Source of the DNA: an uncultured Chloroflexia bacterium
GTDB lineage: Bacteria > Chloroflexota > Limnocylindria > Limnocylindrales > CSP1-4
DNA length: 64,000 bases
Assembly (NCBI GenBank): GCA_963766735.1
Contig: CAVYBU010000002.1
Location: forward strand, 295,697 to 359,696
Reading direction: 5' to 3'
Below the pieces are notes generated by a model. That model saw nothing but the letters and a program-made list of their open reading frames with translations, searched no databases and was not told the origin of the DNA. Positions 9,834 to 21,308 of this stretch are shown piece by piece; the first letter of the stretch is position 1; each line of letters opens with the position of its first letter. Both the position numbers and the translations under genes were made by a program.

Positions 9834-11099
9834 TCAGCCCGCCGTCCCCCGGACCACGCTCTCACGCGGCACGTCGATGAGCCGGATCCGTCGCAGCCGC
9901 CAGAAGGCGGCCAGCCCGAGCAGAGCGCAGGCGGCGCCGCCTGCGGCCAGCGACACGTCCACCCCGAACCGGGACGCGATCCAGCCCATCAGCAGCCCGC
10001 CGATCGGCGCGGAACCGGCAAACACCGTCGTGTAGACGCTCATCACGCGGCCGCGCAGCTCATCAGGGGCCGCCAGCTGGATGACCGTGTTCGCGGTGGC
10101 CGCCATCGCGATCGCCCCGAAGCCCATGAACCCCATCGCCAGCAAGGCCAGGGGGAAGGCCTGCACCGCGGCGGCGAAGATCTCGGCCACTCCCAGCAGC
10201 AGGGCGCCGCCGGCAATCAAGGCGGGCCTGGCGCGCCCCGAGAACGCGATCGACAGGGCCGCGGTCAACGCCCCGATCCCCGAAGCTGCCATGAGGAATC
10301 CGTAGCCCGCGGCGTCGGTGTGGAGCACGTCCCGTGCGAGGGCCGGGATGACCACGTTGAAGTTCATCGCGAACAGGCCCGCCAGCCCGACGACGATCGT
10401 GGCCAAGAGGACCAGGTCCGCCTGGCGCACATAGCGGAGGCCCTCGGCGAGCGACCGGCCCACCCCTCGGATCGTGTGCGGCCGGTTGAGCACGGGCGGC
10501 GAGCCCAGCTCCTCGTCGCGCATCAGGCCGTAGCCCACGATCACCGCGATGAAGCTGATCCCGTTGAGCAGGAACGCGACCGAGATGCCGACGGCCGCGA
10601 TGGCCAGGCCCGCGATCGCCGGCCCCACGATGCGCGCCCCGTTGAAGATCGCGGAGTTGAGTGCCACCGCGTTGGGCAGGTCCTGTCGCCCCACCATCTC
10701 CACGACGAACGATTGACGGGTGGGCATGTCCACGGCATTCGTGATCCCCAGCAGCGCAGCCAGCACGAGGATCTGCCAGACCTCCACGACGCCGGTGGCC
10801 GTGAGCCCGAAGAGGATGAGGGCCAGAGCCATCTGGATCACCTGCGTCGCGATCAGCGTGGGCCGCTTCGGCAGCGCGTCCGCGATCAGCCCGCCGAACA
10901 GCCCGAGGACCATCACCGGCAGGAATTGCATCGCGGCCGTCAGGCCGAGCATGAACGGATCCCCGGTGATCTCGAGGACGAGCCACGCCTGGCCGACCTG
11001 CTGCATCCAGGTACCGATCAGCGAGATCAGCTGGCCGGTGAAGAACAGCCGGTAGTTGCGGTGAGCGAAGGCCCGCGATCCCTTTGCCAGCAGGCTCAT
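9834..11099 (-). CDS. MFS transporter (MFS_3/DUF894 type)
   Basis: AFAHRNYRLFFTGQLISLIGTWMQ, DMPTRQSFVVEMVG, PDELRGRVMS. ATG overlaps the merR stop. Confidence 0.9.
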   Translation of the reverse strand: MSLLAKGSRAFAHRNYRLFFTGQLISLIGTWMQQVGQAWLVLEITGDPFMLGLTAAMQFLPVMVLGLFGGLIADALPKRPTLIATQVIQMALALILFGLTATGVVEVWQILVLAALLGITNAVDMPTRQSFVVEMVGRQDLPNAVALNSAIFNGARIVGPAIAGLAIAAVGISVAFLLNGISFIAVIVGYGLMRDEELGSPPVLNRPHTIRGVGRSLAEGLRYVRQADLVLLATIVVGLAGLFAMNFNVVIPALARDVLHTDAAGYGFLMAASGIGALTAALSIAFSGRARPALIAGGALLLGVAEIFAAAVQAFPLALLAMGFMGFGAIAMAATANTVIQLAAPDELRGRVMSVYTTVFAGSAPIGGLLMGWIASRFGVDVSLAAGGAACALLGLAAFWRLRRIRLIDVPRESVVRGTAG

Positions 11100-11596
11100 T
11101 CGCCGGGATCGGAGTGCGGCACCGGCTCCCGGCCGGCATCGATGTCCGCGAGATGTCCCTCGAGGTGGGCCCGCCGCTCGGAAGCTTCCGCGAGCATTGC
11201 CTCCAGCCTCGCAACCTTGCCCTGCAGCGTCGCCACCTGTCGGTCCGCCCTGTCCAGGGCGTCCACCACCAGCGCCCGTCGCTCGGCCGTATCCATGCTC
11301 GTCCTGAACCTGGTTCGGTTGCGGGCCCGGGCCTGGTCGTCCTCGAGGAGCTGCCCGATCTCGGCAAGCGAGAACCCGGCGTCGTCCCGGAGCCCGCGGA
11401 TGAACCGGAGCCGCTGGAGGTCCTCTGCGTCGTAGAGGCGGTAGGCGCCGCCGGACCGCGCGGCCGGGGCAAGGAGGTCCAGCTCCTCGTAGTAGCGGAT
11501 CGCCCGCGGGGTGAGCCCGGTCGCCTCGGCGACCTCCTGGATACGCAGGAGAGGCTCCGTGACGGCGTCGCGGCCGGGTGGATCGAGTTCTCTCAC
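11096..11596 (-). CDS. MerR-family transcriptional regulator
   Basis: LRIQEVAEATGLTPRAIRYYEELDLL..R..GAYRLY HTH followed by a coiled coil. Confidence 0.92.
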   Translation of the reverse strand: MRELDPPGRDAVTEPLLRIQEVAEATGLTPRAIRYYEELDLLAPAARSGGAYRLYDAEDLQRLRFIRGLRDDAGFSLAEIGQLLEDDQARARNRTRFRTSMDTAERRALVVDALDRADRQVATLQGKVARLEAMLAEASERRAHLEGHLADIDAGREPVPHSDPGE

Positions 11597-11613
11597 CGGG
11601 CCATTCTATGCGA

Positions 11614-11641
11614 ACCTTACCGTTCGCGTAAACGTTAGGGT
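11614..11641. promoter_or_regulatory. MerR-type operator dyad within a 19-bp-spacer promoter
   Basis: Imperfect palindrome ACCTTACCGTTCGCGTAAACGTTAGGGT. The minus strand reads CTGACC-N19-TAAGGT just upstream of merR; a second -10 TAGAAT lies at 11603-11608 (minus). Confidence 0.7.
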
Positions 11642-11789
11642 CAGGGCGTCGGCATGGCCGTGTTCGGGCTTTCGTGCGACAATGGGGGCCTTCGCGACCC
11701 CTCGTCGCGATGCGCCGCGTGGTCGACCTCTCTCTTCGAACGGACCGTGCGTCACCGCATTCCCTGTTCGGGGAGCGAAGGAGGCCCAT

Positions 11790-11993
11790 ATGGCCACCGG
11801 AACAATCAAGCGCATCGTGGCCGACCGCGGCTTCGGATTCATTGCCGCCGAGGATGAGAAGGAGTACTTCTTCCATCGCGGCGGTCTCGACGCATCGCTC
11901 GACTTCGACCGTCTGGTCGGCGGCGAGAAGGTCGAGTTCGACGTCGAGGCAAGCCCCAAGGGTCCCCGCGCCAACCACGTGCGCGCGGCCTGA
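11790..11993 (+). CDS. Cold-shock domain protein
   Basis: MATGTIKRIVADRGFGFI...YFFH...VEFDVEASPKGPRANHV (RNP1/RNP2); AGGAGG RBS. Confidence 0.93.
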   Translation: MATGTIKRIVADRGFGFIAAEDEKEYFFHRGGLDASLDFDRLVGGEKVEFDVEASPKGPRANHVRAA

Positions 11994-12093
11994 GACAACG
12001 ACCGGCGCCCGTCCACGTGGCGGGCGCCGCATCATCCCGACCATTGTCCGCGCCCGTCGTGTGCAAGCCGGCCAGATCGCACGAGGAACCCGC

Positions 12094-13254
12094 ATGACCC
12101 GGTCGGCGTTCGTGTCGACGTATCCGCCGCGTCACTGCGGCATCGCCACCTACACGCAGCATCTCGCCACCGCGGTTGGCGGCCGCGAGATCGTGGCCCT
12201 GCACGCATCGGACCTGCCCTCGCCCTACCCGCTCGAGGTGCACCACCGCCTCCGCGTCACCGAGCCGGATGAGTTCTCGCGCACCGCAGCCTCGCTGCGT
12301 GCCTGCGCCGACGTCGTCTCGATCCAGCACGCGTTCGGGATCTGGGGACCGGACGAGACCGCCGTCCTGGACTTCGCCGACTCCCTCGAGGTCCCGGCCG
12401 TCGTCACCTTCCACGACGTGCCCGCCTCACCGACGCCCGAGCAGCACAGCATCATCGCCGGGGTCTCGGCATCGGTCCTTGGCACCGTCGCGCTGTCGCA
12501 GGCCGCGGCGGCGCTCCTGACGGACGTCTACGGCGTGGATCCCACGGGCATCACGGTGCTCCCGCACGGGATCCCGGACCTGCCGTACCTCGACGCTGAG
12601 ACCGTCAAGCCCGCCGTCGGCATGGGCGGCCGGGACGTCCTGCTGAGCTTCGGACTGCTGGGGCCGGGCAAGGGGGTCGATCTGGCCCTCGAGGCGCTCC
12701 CCGCGATCATCGCTGCGCGCCCAACGACCATGTACGTCGTGCTGGGTGCCACCAATCCGCACCTGTCGGCCGAGGCCGCGGAGGCCTACCGCGCAGGGCT
12801 CGTTGCCCAGGTGGCCCGGCTGGGTATCGGGGACCACGTCCAGGTCGTCGATCGCTTCGTCGGGCGGGTTGAGCTCACCCGCTGGCTGGAAGCGGCGGAC
12901 GTCATCCTGGCGCCCTACGTGGACCCGGGCAAGAGCTCGTCGGGGACGCTGCCCTATGCCCTGGGTGCCGGGCGGCCGGTGGTCGCCACGGCGTTCTCGC
13001 ACGCCAGGGAAGTGCTCGCGGATGGCCGCGGCGTCCTCGTTCCGCATGGTGATCCGGCGGCGCTCGCGTCCGCGGTCGTGGGCCTGCTCGCTGACGCCGA
13101 GGGACGCGTGGCGATGGGACGCCTGGCCCACGAGTACAGCCGGTCGATGACCTGGTGGGAGATCGGAGCCAGGCACCGCGACCTGCTGCTCACGATTGCC
13201 TCTGCGCCGGTACCCAAGCGCGACACGCGTCGCCCGCCCGCCCGCCTCGCCTGA
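12094..13254 (+). CDS. Glycosyltransferase family 4
   Basis: FVSTYPPRHCGIAT, SIQHAFGIWG, LSFGLLGPGKG, SSGTLPYALGAGRPVVAT. Confidence 0.85.
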   Translation: MTRSAFVSTYPPRHCGIATYTQHLATAVGGREIVALHASDLPSPYPLEVHHRLRVTEPDEFSRTAASLRACADVVSIQHAFGIWGPDETAVLDFADSLEVPAVVTFHDVPASPTPEQHSIIAGVSASVLGTVALSQAAAALLTDVYGVDPTGITVLPHGIPDLPYLDAETVKPAVGMGGRDVLLSFGLLGPGKGVDLALEALPAIIAARPTTMYVVLGATNPHLSAEAAEAYRAGLVAQVARLGIGDHVQVVDRFVGRVELTRWLEAADVILAPYVDPGKSSSGTLPYALGAGRPVVATAFSHAREVLADGRGVLVPHGDPAALASAVVGLLADAEGRVAMGRLAHEYSRSMTWWEIGARHRDLLLTIASAPVPKRDTRRPPARLA

Positions 13255-13312
13255 ACCCCCGTTTCGGCAGCGGCCGGCCAGGGATGCCCTTCCGGCTCTA
13301 GACTTCTGAACG

Positions 13313-14602
13313 ATGCCGACCTTCCGCGCCCCCCGGGGCACCCGTGACCTCCTGCCCGATGACCGTGCCGTCTTCGACCGCCTGCTGCGGACGGCAGCGG
13401 ACCTGACCTCGCGCTATGGCTATCGGCCCATCGAGACGCCGCTGTTCGAGCAGGCCGCGGTCTTCGAACGGGGGATCGGCGAGGTCACCGACGTCGTGGA
13501 GAAGGAGCTGTTCCGGCTGGCGCCGCGGACCGAGGAATCGGAAGCCTGGGCGTTGCGGCCGGAACCGACCGCCGGGATCGTCCGGGCCTACATCCAGCAC
13601 GGGATGCAGACCTGGCCGCAGCCGGTGAAGCTGACCACCACGGGGCCGATGTTCCGCTACGACCGCCCGCAGGCCGGCCGCTTCCGCCAGTTCTGGCAGT
13701 TCGACGTGGAGGCAATCGGGGACGCAGGTCCGGCCATCGACGCCGAGATCATCGAGCTGGGGCACCGCTTCTACACGGAGGCCGGCGTCCGGGACGTGGA
13801 GGTGCTGGTCAACTCGATTGGCGACCCGGCGTGCCGACCGGCCTACATCGCCGGGCTGACGGACCACTACCGGGGCCACGCTGCCAGCCTGCCGCCCACG
13901 GAGCTGGAGCGCCTCGAGCGCAACGCGCTGCGGCTGCTGGACTCCAAGGACCCCGCGATGGCGGAGCTCAACGCTCGGGCGCCGCGCATCACGGATCACC
14001 TGTGCGAGGCCTGCGCGGATCATTTCGAGTCCGTGAAGGCGCACCTCCACGCGCTGGGTGTCCCGTTCCGCGTGGAAGCGGGCCTCGTCCGAGGGCTGGA
14101 TTACTACACCCGCACGGCCTTCGAGTTCTACGTGTCCGGGCGCGAGGGACAGCAGCAGGCACTGGGCGGCGGCGGACGGTACGACGGCCTCGTGGCGCTT
14201 CTGGGTGGCAGGCCGACGCCGGGCATCGGCTTCGGGCTTGGGCTGGATAGGGTGGCGCTGGTGCTGGCGGAGCAGGGGGGCTCGGCCGTGCATGCCGAGC
14301 CCGGGCCGCTGGCCGTGGTGGTGGGCGCGACGCCGGACGACACGGTTGGCCGCCTCCGCGTGGCAACCGAGCTGCGGGCGGCGCGACTTCGTGTCCGGGC
14401 GGATCTCGGGCGACGGAAGCTCGGACGCCAGCTCGAAGCCGCCGGCCGGGACGGCGCCCACTTCGCCGTCATCCTGGGTGACGAGCTCGAAGCCGGACAG
14501 GTGCAGCTGCGGGACCTGCTGGCCGGGACCCAGCGGCTGGTTCCGATCGGCGACCTGGCCCGCGAGCTCGCCCGCGCCGAGGCCGGCCACAAGCACGGCT
14601 GA
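13313..14602 (+). CDS. hisS: Histidine-tRNA ligase
   Basis: PRGTRD, LRPEPTAG, FRYDRPQAGRFRQFWQ, LVRGLDYYT, GGGRYDGL. Confidence 0.96.
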   Translation: MPTFRAPRGTRDLLPDDRAVFDRLLRTAADLTSRYGYRPIETPLFEQAAVFERGIGEVTDVVEKELFRLAPRTEESEAWALRPEPTAGIVRAYIQHGMQTWPQPVKLTTTGPMFRYDRPQAGRFRQFWQFDVEAIGDAGPAIDAEIIELGHRFYTEAGVRDVEVLVNSIGDPACRPAYIAGLTDHYRGHAASLPPTELERLERNALRLLDSKDPAMAELNARAPRITDHLCEACADHFESVKAHLHALGVPFRVEAGLVRGLDYYTRTAFEFYVSGREGQQQALGGGGRYDGLVALLGGRPTPGIGFGLGLDRVALVLAEQGGSAVHAEPGPLAVVVGATPDDTVGRLRVATELRAARLRVRADLGRRKLGRQLEAAGRDGAHFAVILGDELEAGQVQLRDLLAGTQRLVPIGDLARELARAEAGHKHG

Positions 14603-14658
14603 CCGCGTTTCGGCGTCTCCACCCCCTGGCCGGGTGCGTGACGTAGGATGGTCCCCCC

Positions 14659-16557
14659 TTGGAATCGAAGCCGGAGACCACGTCCTTGTCCGCAGATCGC
14701 CCCACGTCCGCCACCCCGTATCGCACCCATACCTGTGGGGCGCTGCGCACGGATGATGCCGGCGCGACCGCGAAGCTGGCCGGCTGGGTCCACCGCCGCC
14801 GCGACTACGGGAAGCTGATCTTCATCGATCTGCGGGACCGTCACGGCATCACCCAGGTGGTGATCGACGCGGCCGACGCTCCCGAGGCGCACGAGATCGC
14901 CAATCGGGCCCGCCCCGAGTTCGTGATCGCGGTCGAGGGAGCGGTCGAGAAGCGCCAGCCGGGGCAGGAGAACGCGAGGCTGGCGACCGGTGCCGTGGAG
15001 CTCCAGGTTCGCACGATCACAATCCTGAGCGAGGCGAAGACACCGCCGTTCTACATCAACGACCCGGACGCCACCATCGACGAGAGCCTTCGCCTCAAGT
15101 ACCGCTACCTCGACATCCGGCGCGAGGCGATGCAGGGCCGCCTGCTGCTGCGCAGCCGACTGGTCCAGGCGATCCGGGAGGTCCACCACGACAACGGCTT
15201 CGTGGAGGTGGAGACCCCCAACCTGATCAAGAGCACGCCGGAGGGCGCGCGGGACTTCATCGTCCCCAGCCGCCTCCAGCCGGGCACCGTCTACGCCCTG
15301 CCACAGAGCCCCCAGCAGCTCAAGCAGCTGCTCATGGTGGCCGGCGTCGACCGCTACTTCCAGATCGCCCGCTGCTTCCGTGACGAAGACCTGCGCGGGG
15401 ACCGGCAGCCGGAGTTCACCCAGCTCGACCTCGAGATGAGCTTCGTGGACGAGCCCGCCGTCATGGCCTTCATCGAGGCAATGGTCATCGAGGTCACGAA
15501 GGCCACCGCCCCGGACCGGCCGATCCGCGAGATCCCGTTCCCGGTGTTCGAATACGACGAGGCCATCGAGCGCTTCGGCTCGGACAAGCCGGACCTCCGG
15601 TTCGCGATGGAGCTGTTCGACCTGGCGCCCGCCCTGCTCGCGGCCGATGGCACGCCGGCATCCGGATTCCGCGTATTCGACGAGACGCTGGCGGCCGGCA
15701 ACCGCGTCAAGGGCATCACGGCTCCGGGCATGGGCGGCACGACTCGTCGCGAGATCGACGAGCTGACCGACCTGGCGAAGCGGTTCGGTGCCCACGGACT
15801 GGTCCACCTCTCCGTCCAGCCGGGCGGCGAGCTGCACGGCCCCATCGCCAAGTTCCTCTCCGCCGAGGTTCAGACCGCCGTCCGCGAGCGCGCCGGCGCC
15901 GGTGAGGGAGACCTGATCCTCATCATCGCGGACGGCTCCGTCATGGCCAACGACGTCCTCGGCCGCCTCCGCGTGGAGCTGGGCTCACGCCTGCGTCTCG
16001 CAGACCCGGACGAGCTGGCGTACTGCTGGGTCCATCGGTTCCCGATGTACCAGTGGGATGAGCCGTTCCAGCGCTGGGACGCCACGCACAATCCGTTCAG
16101 CGGCGTGGTCCCCGAGGACGAGGTCCTGCTCACGACCACCTCGGGAGACCTGGACATCCGCTCGCCCGGCGACCCGGCCGGCCGGGCCCGGGCGATGCAG
16201 TACGACGTGGCGCTCAACGGCTGGGAGCTGGGCGGCGGCTCGGTCCGGATCTGGGATCCGAAGCTGCTGGCACGGAGCTTCAACCTGCAGGGCTACACCC
16301 TCGAGCAGATGCGGGAGCGCTTCGGGGCGATCCTGGAGGCATTCGAGTACGGCGCGCCGCCGCACGCCGGGATCGCCCTGGGCGTGGACCGCTGGGCGGC
16401 GCTCCTCAGCTACCAGACGAACATCCGCGAGGTGATGGCGTTCCCCAAGACCCAATCCGGCACGGACCTGATGCTCGAGGCTCCGTCCGCGCCCGACGAG
16501 GGCCAGTACGCGGAGCTCGGGCTGCAATTCGTCGGGCTCCCGGGCAAGCCCGCCTGA
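14659..16557 (+). CDS. aspS: Aspartate-tRNA ligase
   Basis: YRTHTCG, FIDLRDRHG, STPEGARDF, LPQSPQ, CFRDEDLRGDRQPEFTQLD, GAPPHAGIALGVDR. TTG start is approximate. Confidence 0.96.
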   Translation: MESKPETTSLSADRPTSATPYRTHTCGALRTDDAGATAKLAGWVHRRRDYGKLIFIDLRDRHGITQVVIDAADAPEAHEIANRARPEFVIAVEGAVEKRQPGQENARLATGAVELQVRTITILSEAKTPPFYINDPDATIDESLRLKYRYLDIRREAMQGRLLLRSRLVQAIREVHHDNGFVEVETPNLIKSTPEGARDFIVPSRLQPGTVYALPQSPQQLKQLLMVAGVDRYFQIARCFRDEDLRGDRQPEFTQLDLEMSFVDEPAVMAFIEAMVIEVTKATAPDRPIREIPFPVFEYDEAIERFGSDKPDLRFAMELFDLAPALLAADGTPASGFRVFDETLAAGNRVKGITAPGMGGTTRREIDELTDLAKRFGAHGLVHLSVQPGGELHGPIAKFLSAEVQTAVRERAGAGEGDLILIIADGSVMANDVLGRLRVELGSRLRLADPDELAYCWVHRFPMYQWDEPFQRWDATHNPFSGVVPEDEVLLTTTSGDLDIRSPGDPAGRARAMQYDVALNGWELGGGSVRIWDPKLLARSFNLQGYTLEQMRERFGAILEAFEYGAPPHAGIALGVDRWAALLSYQTNIREVMAFPKTQSGTDLMLEAPSAPDEGQYAELGLQFVGLPGKPA

Positions 16558-16573
16558 CCGCGCTGTCCGCAGC

Positions 16574-17494
16574 GTGACCGCGCTCGGGGCCGTCGCCTCC
16601 CGGCCGCGGACCGCCGCTGTGGTCGGCGCCCTGACGATCGCCTTCTCCGCGATCTTCTACGTCTGGGCGGACGTGTCTCCGGCCACAGGCGTCTTCTTCC
16701 GCTGCCTGTATGGGCTTCCGATCCTCCTCCTCGTCGCCCTCTCGGAACGGCGCGCACTCGGGCCGATGACCCGCCGGACGGTCGGGCTGAGCACGCTGGC
16801 CGGCGTGGTCTTCGCGGTCGACCTCCTGAGCTTCCACTACGCCGTCGACCTGATCGGGGCGGGCCTGGGTACCGTGATGGGCAACCTCCAGGTCCTGATC
16901 GTCGGCCTGGCGGCCTGGGCGCTCTTCGGCGAGCGGTTGCGCCGCGAGGTCATCGTCGCGCTGCCGATCATGCTGGCCGGGGTGGTGCTGATCTCGGGCC
17001 TGGTGGGATCGGAAGCGTACGGATCGAACCCGCAGCTGGGCGTCCTCATCGGGCTGGTGACGGCCGCGTCGTACGCCGGGTACCTGCTGGTGATCCGTCG
17101 GGCGAGCCCGGACCGGAGGCCTGCCGGACCAGTCGCGATCGCCACCGCCGTGACCGCGGTGCTGGCCGGGCTGTTCGGGGCTGCGATCGGGGACCTTGAC
17201 CTCGCGCCGGGCCTTCCGGCCCACCTCTACCTGCTGGCGCTGGGGATCCTGTCGCAGTCCATCGGCTACCTGTTCATCCAGACCTCACTGCCCAGGCTGC
17301 CCGCGGTTATCACGTCCGTGCTGCTGCTCGTGCAGCCGGTGGCCACGCTCGTGCTCGGAGCGATCCTCCTGGCCGAGGCTCCATCCGGCTGGCAGCTGGC
17401 GGGTGTGGCGCTGGTGCTCGGCGGGATGGCGCTCGCGACCGGTGCGCCCGCCCGAATCCGTGCGGCAATGGCGCCACGGGGAACTGCGCCGTAG
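16574..17494 (+). CDS. DMT/EamA-family transporter
   Basis: About 10 TM segments in two repeats; LFGERL, SVLLLVQPV. Confidence 0.88.
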   Translation: MTALGAVASRPRTAAVVGALTIAFSAIFYVWADVSPATGVFFRCLYGLPILLLVALSERRALGPMTRRTVGLSTLAGVVFAVDLLSFHYAVDLIGAGLGTVMGNLQVLIVGLAAWALFGERLRREVIVALPIMLAGVVLISGLVGSEAYGSNPQLGVLIGLVTAASYAGYLLVIRRASPDRRPAGPVAIATAVTAVLAGLFGAAIGDLDLAPGLPAHLYLLALGILSQSIGYLFIQTSLPRLPAVITSVLLLVQPVATLVLGAILLAEAPSGWQLAGVALVLGGMALATGAPARIRAAMAPRGTAP

Positions 17495-17500
17495 GCCGCG

Positions 17501-18259
17501 CTAGTGTGGAGGCGGTGCGATCGTGGCCATCATCGCCGACGTTTCCGCGGCCACGATCTGCTGCTGCTCCTCGCGTGAGATCGTGGCCGCCGGATCGTTC
17601 GGCTGGCCGGTGTACCAGCCCATCTGCTCGTGGTTGCCACCGTCGATCGGCACGAATGTCGTGTCGGGCGGGAGCAATGCCCGTGTCCCGGGGCCGGCCA
17701 TCCGGGCGGCCCCGGCGTCACCCGTCCCGTAGATCGAGACCACGACCAGGTCCAGCGCGGACAGGTCCGTTGCCGGGTAGGAGGCCCACAACGCCAACCC
17801 GTCGATCTGATCCGGGTTGTCGGCGATGTACTGGGCAGCCATTGACCCCCCGAGCGAGTGGCCGGCAAGAGCCCATGCCCGGAGCCCCGGGTGGGCGGCG
17901 ATCGCCGAGGCCGCTGCATCGATCCCGAACACCGCCAGGTTGAACGGCATCGGCGTGATGATGACGAGATAGCCATCGGATGCGATCGACTGGGCCAGTG
18001 GCCCGTATGCCGCGGCCGGGACCTTGCCACCCGGGTAGATCACGAGGCCCGCGTCATACCGACGATCCGCCGGCGACCATTCGAGGCGCCCATCCACCTC
18101 GGCGAACGTCACGTCCGGCGTCGATGCCAGCGAAGCGGTGGCCTCGGGGAGGATCGGCTGCGGCTGCGTGTACCACAGCGAGCCGGCCGCAACCAGGGCG
18201 ATGACCGCGAGGAGGGCGAGGCCGACCGTTCGGCGGCGCGGGCGGCGGATGGAGGCCAT
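17501..18259 (-). CDS. Membrane-anchored or secreted alpha/beta hydrolase
   Basis: N-terminal TM, IYPGGKV, GHSLGG nucleophile elbow, IDGGNHEQMGWY. Confidence 0.87.
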   Translation of the reverse strand: MASIRRPRRRTVGLALLAVIALVAAGSLWYTQPQPILPEATASLASTPDVTFAEVDGRLEWSPADRRYDAGLVIYPGGKVPAAAYGPLAQSIASDGYLVIITPMPFNLAVFGIDAAASAIAAHPGLRAWALAGHSLGGSMAAQYIADNPDQIDGLALWASYPATDLSALDLVVVSIYGTGDAGAARMAGPGTRALLPPDTTFVPIDGGNHEQMGWYTGQPNDPAATISREEQQQIVAAETSAMMATIAPPPH

Positions 18260-18271
18260 GGAGAACTCCGC

Positions 18272-18970
18272 TCAGGGGATGGGATCGACGGGGGCCACGT
18301 GCGCAGGCCCGGAGGCCGGAACGTCGTCCGCCTCGTCGGCAGCTGCAGCACCCCATTCGTACGCGCGGGCGTCGGCGGGCTCCGGCGGGCCGTCGTACGG
18401 CGGCAGGTCCGCGTGACGGATCGAGACGTCGTGGGTGACTCCGGGGTCGCCGGTGTCGATGGAACGGACGGGCAGGCCCGCGGCAGCGAGATCCCCGACC
18501 AGCTCATCGGGCGTGCGGGCGACGTCCAGGCCCCGGAGCGCCGGCAGGAGGGCGATCGGCAGGAGCACCGGGAAGCCGTCCTCGCCCCCGAAAGCCGGAC
18601 GCAGCACGGCATCACGCTCCTCGCCGTGGGCAGCGATCAGGGTGGTCACGGTCTCAGCGTCAACCCAGGCGAAGCGCGCCGGCCACACGAGCGCAGCGTC
18701 GGTCTCTGTCACGAGACGGATCACGGCATCGATCCCGTTCACGATCTGGCCCACCGGCCCGGACGCCTGCGCCACGGGGTCCACGAGGGTGACCTCCGCA
18801 TTCGCGAGGGCTGCGCTCACCGTGCCGCCGGGGTCGAACGAGCAGACGACGACGGGAGTCGCCCCACCTGCCCACGCGACGCTCGCCAGGCGGCGGACGG
18901 CGGGCGTGCCACCGGCGTCGGCCAGCGCGGACGCCTCGGACGCGGCCAGGATGACGGCGGCGACGGTCAT
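18272..18970 (-). CDS. Degenerate MobA/MocA-like NTP-transferase domain protein
   Basis: [27 protein letters not shown]. The usual G-x-S-x-R-x-G-x-x-K loop is eroded. AGGAGG RBS. Confidence 0.65.
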   Translation of the reverse strand: MTVAAVILAASEASALADAGGTPAVRRLASVAWAGGATPVVVCSFDPGGTVSAALANAEVTLVDPVAQASGPVGQIVNGIDAVIRLVTETDAALVWPARFAWVDAETVTTLIAAHGEERDAVLRPAFGGEDGFPVLLPIALLPALRGLDVARTPDELVGDLAAAGLPVRSIDTGDPGVTHDVSIRHADLPPYDGPPEPADARAYEWGAAAADEADDVPASGPAHVAPVDPIP

Positions 18971-19171
18971 GCGATCTCCTCCTGCACGGCCCGAGTGTAG
19001 CCGCCAGCCGGGGTCCTTCCTCTCGATCGTCGCCGACAGGATCCTTCGGGCCGACTCCAGGTCGACGGTCGGGCGATCGAGGCGCTGGACTGGCGGGCGT
19101 TCTCCGGGGCCGCGTGGCCCAGGGGTGCGCGACGGCCCGAAACTGCGGCATGTGCGACACTTCGCGCGCCC

Positions 19172-21100
<1,929 letters not shown>

Positions 21101-21264
21101 ACCCCTCCGGAGGCGCGCGGCGCTCCCGAGGCACGGCGAGCGCCCGAGGCGGAGAACCCTCCGCGGGCGCAGCGCGCTCCGAACCTCCAGCGGGGCACTC
21201 GCTGCCCACAGCGTCTGGTCCGCCCGCAGCCTGCTGGCCCGCCCACAGCGTCCGGTCCGCGTTC

Positions 21265-21294
21265 GCCATCCCGGGCGGCGACGCCCGGGATGGC
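21265..21294. terminator. 13-bp GC hairpin between convergent genes
   Basis: GCCATCCCGGGCG-GCGA-CGCCCGGGATGGC is a perfect stem with a GNRA loop and no U-tract. Confidence 0.55.
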
Positions 21295-21308
21295 CACTCC
21301 CGTCGGAG

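Noticed and set aside
7343-9865. Long antisense or alternative-frame ORFs (also 19181-21040, 26677-29637, 48985-51747 and many others)
   Set aside because: Shadow ORFs expected from high GC3 codon bias opposite real genes; no recognisable motifs.
19001-19096. SRP RNA or Moco riboswitch
   Set aside because: No CAGG..GNAA..AGCAG SRP core, and the structure lies upstream of the likely TACACT -10 of the NTP-transferase gene; kept only as an unassigned structure.
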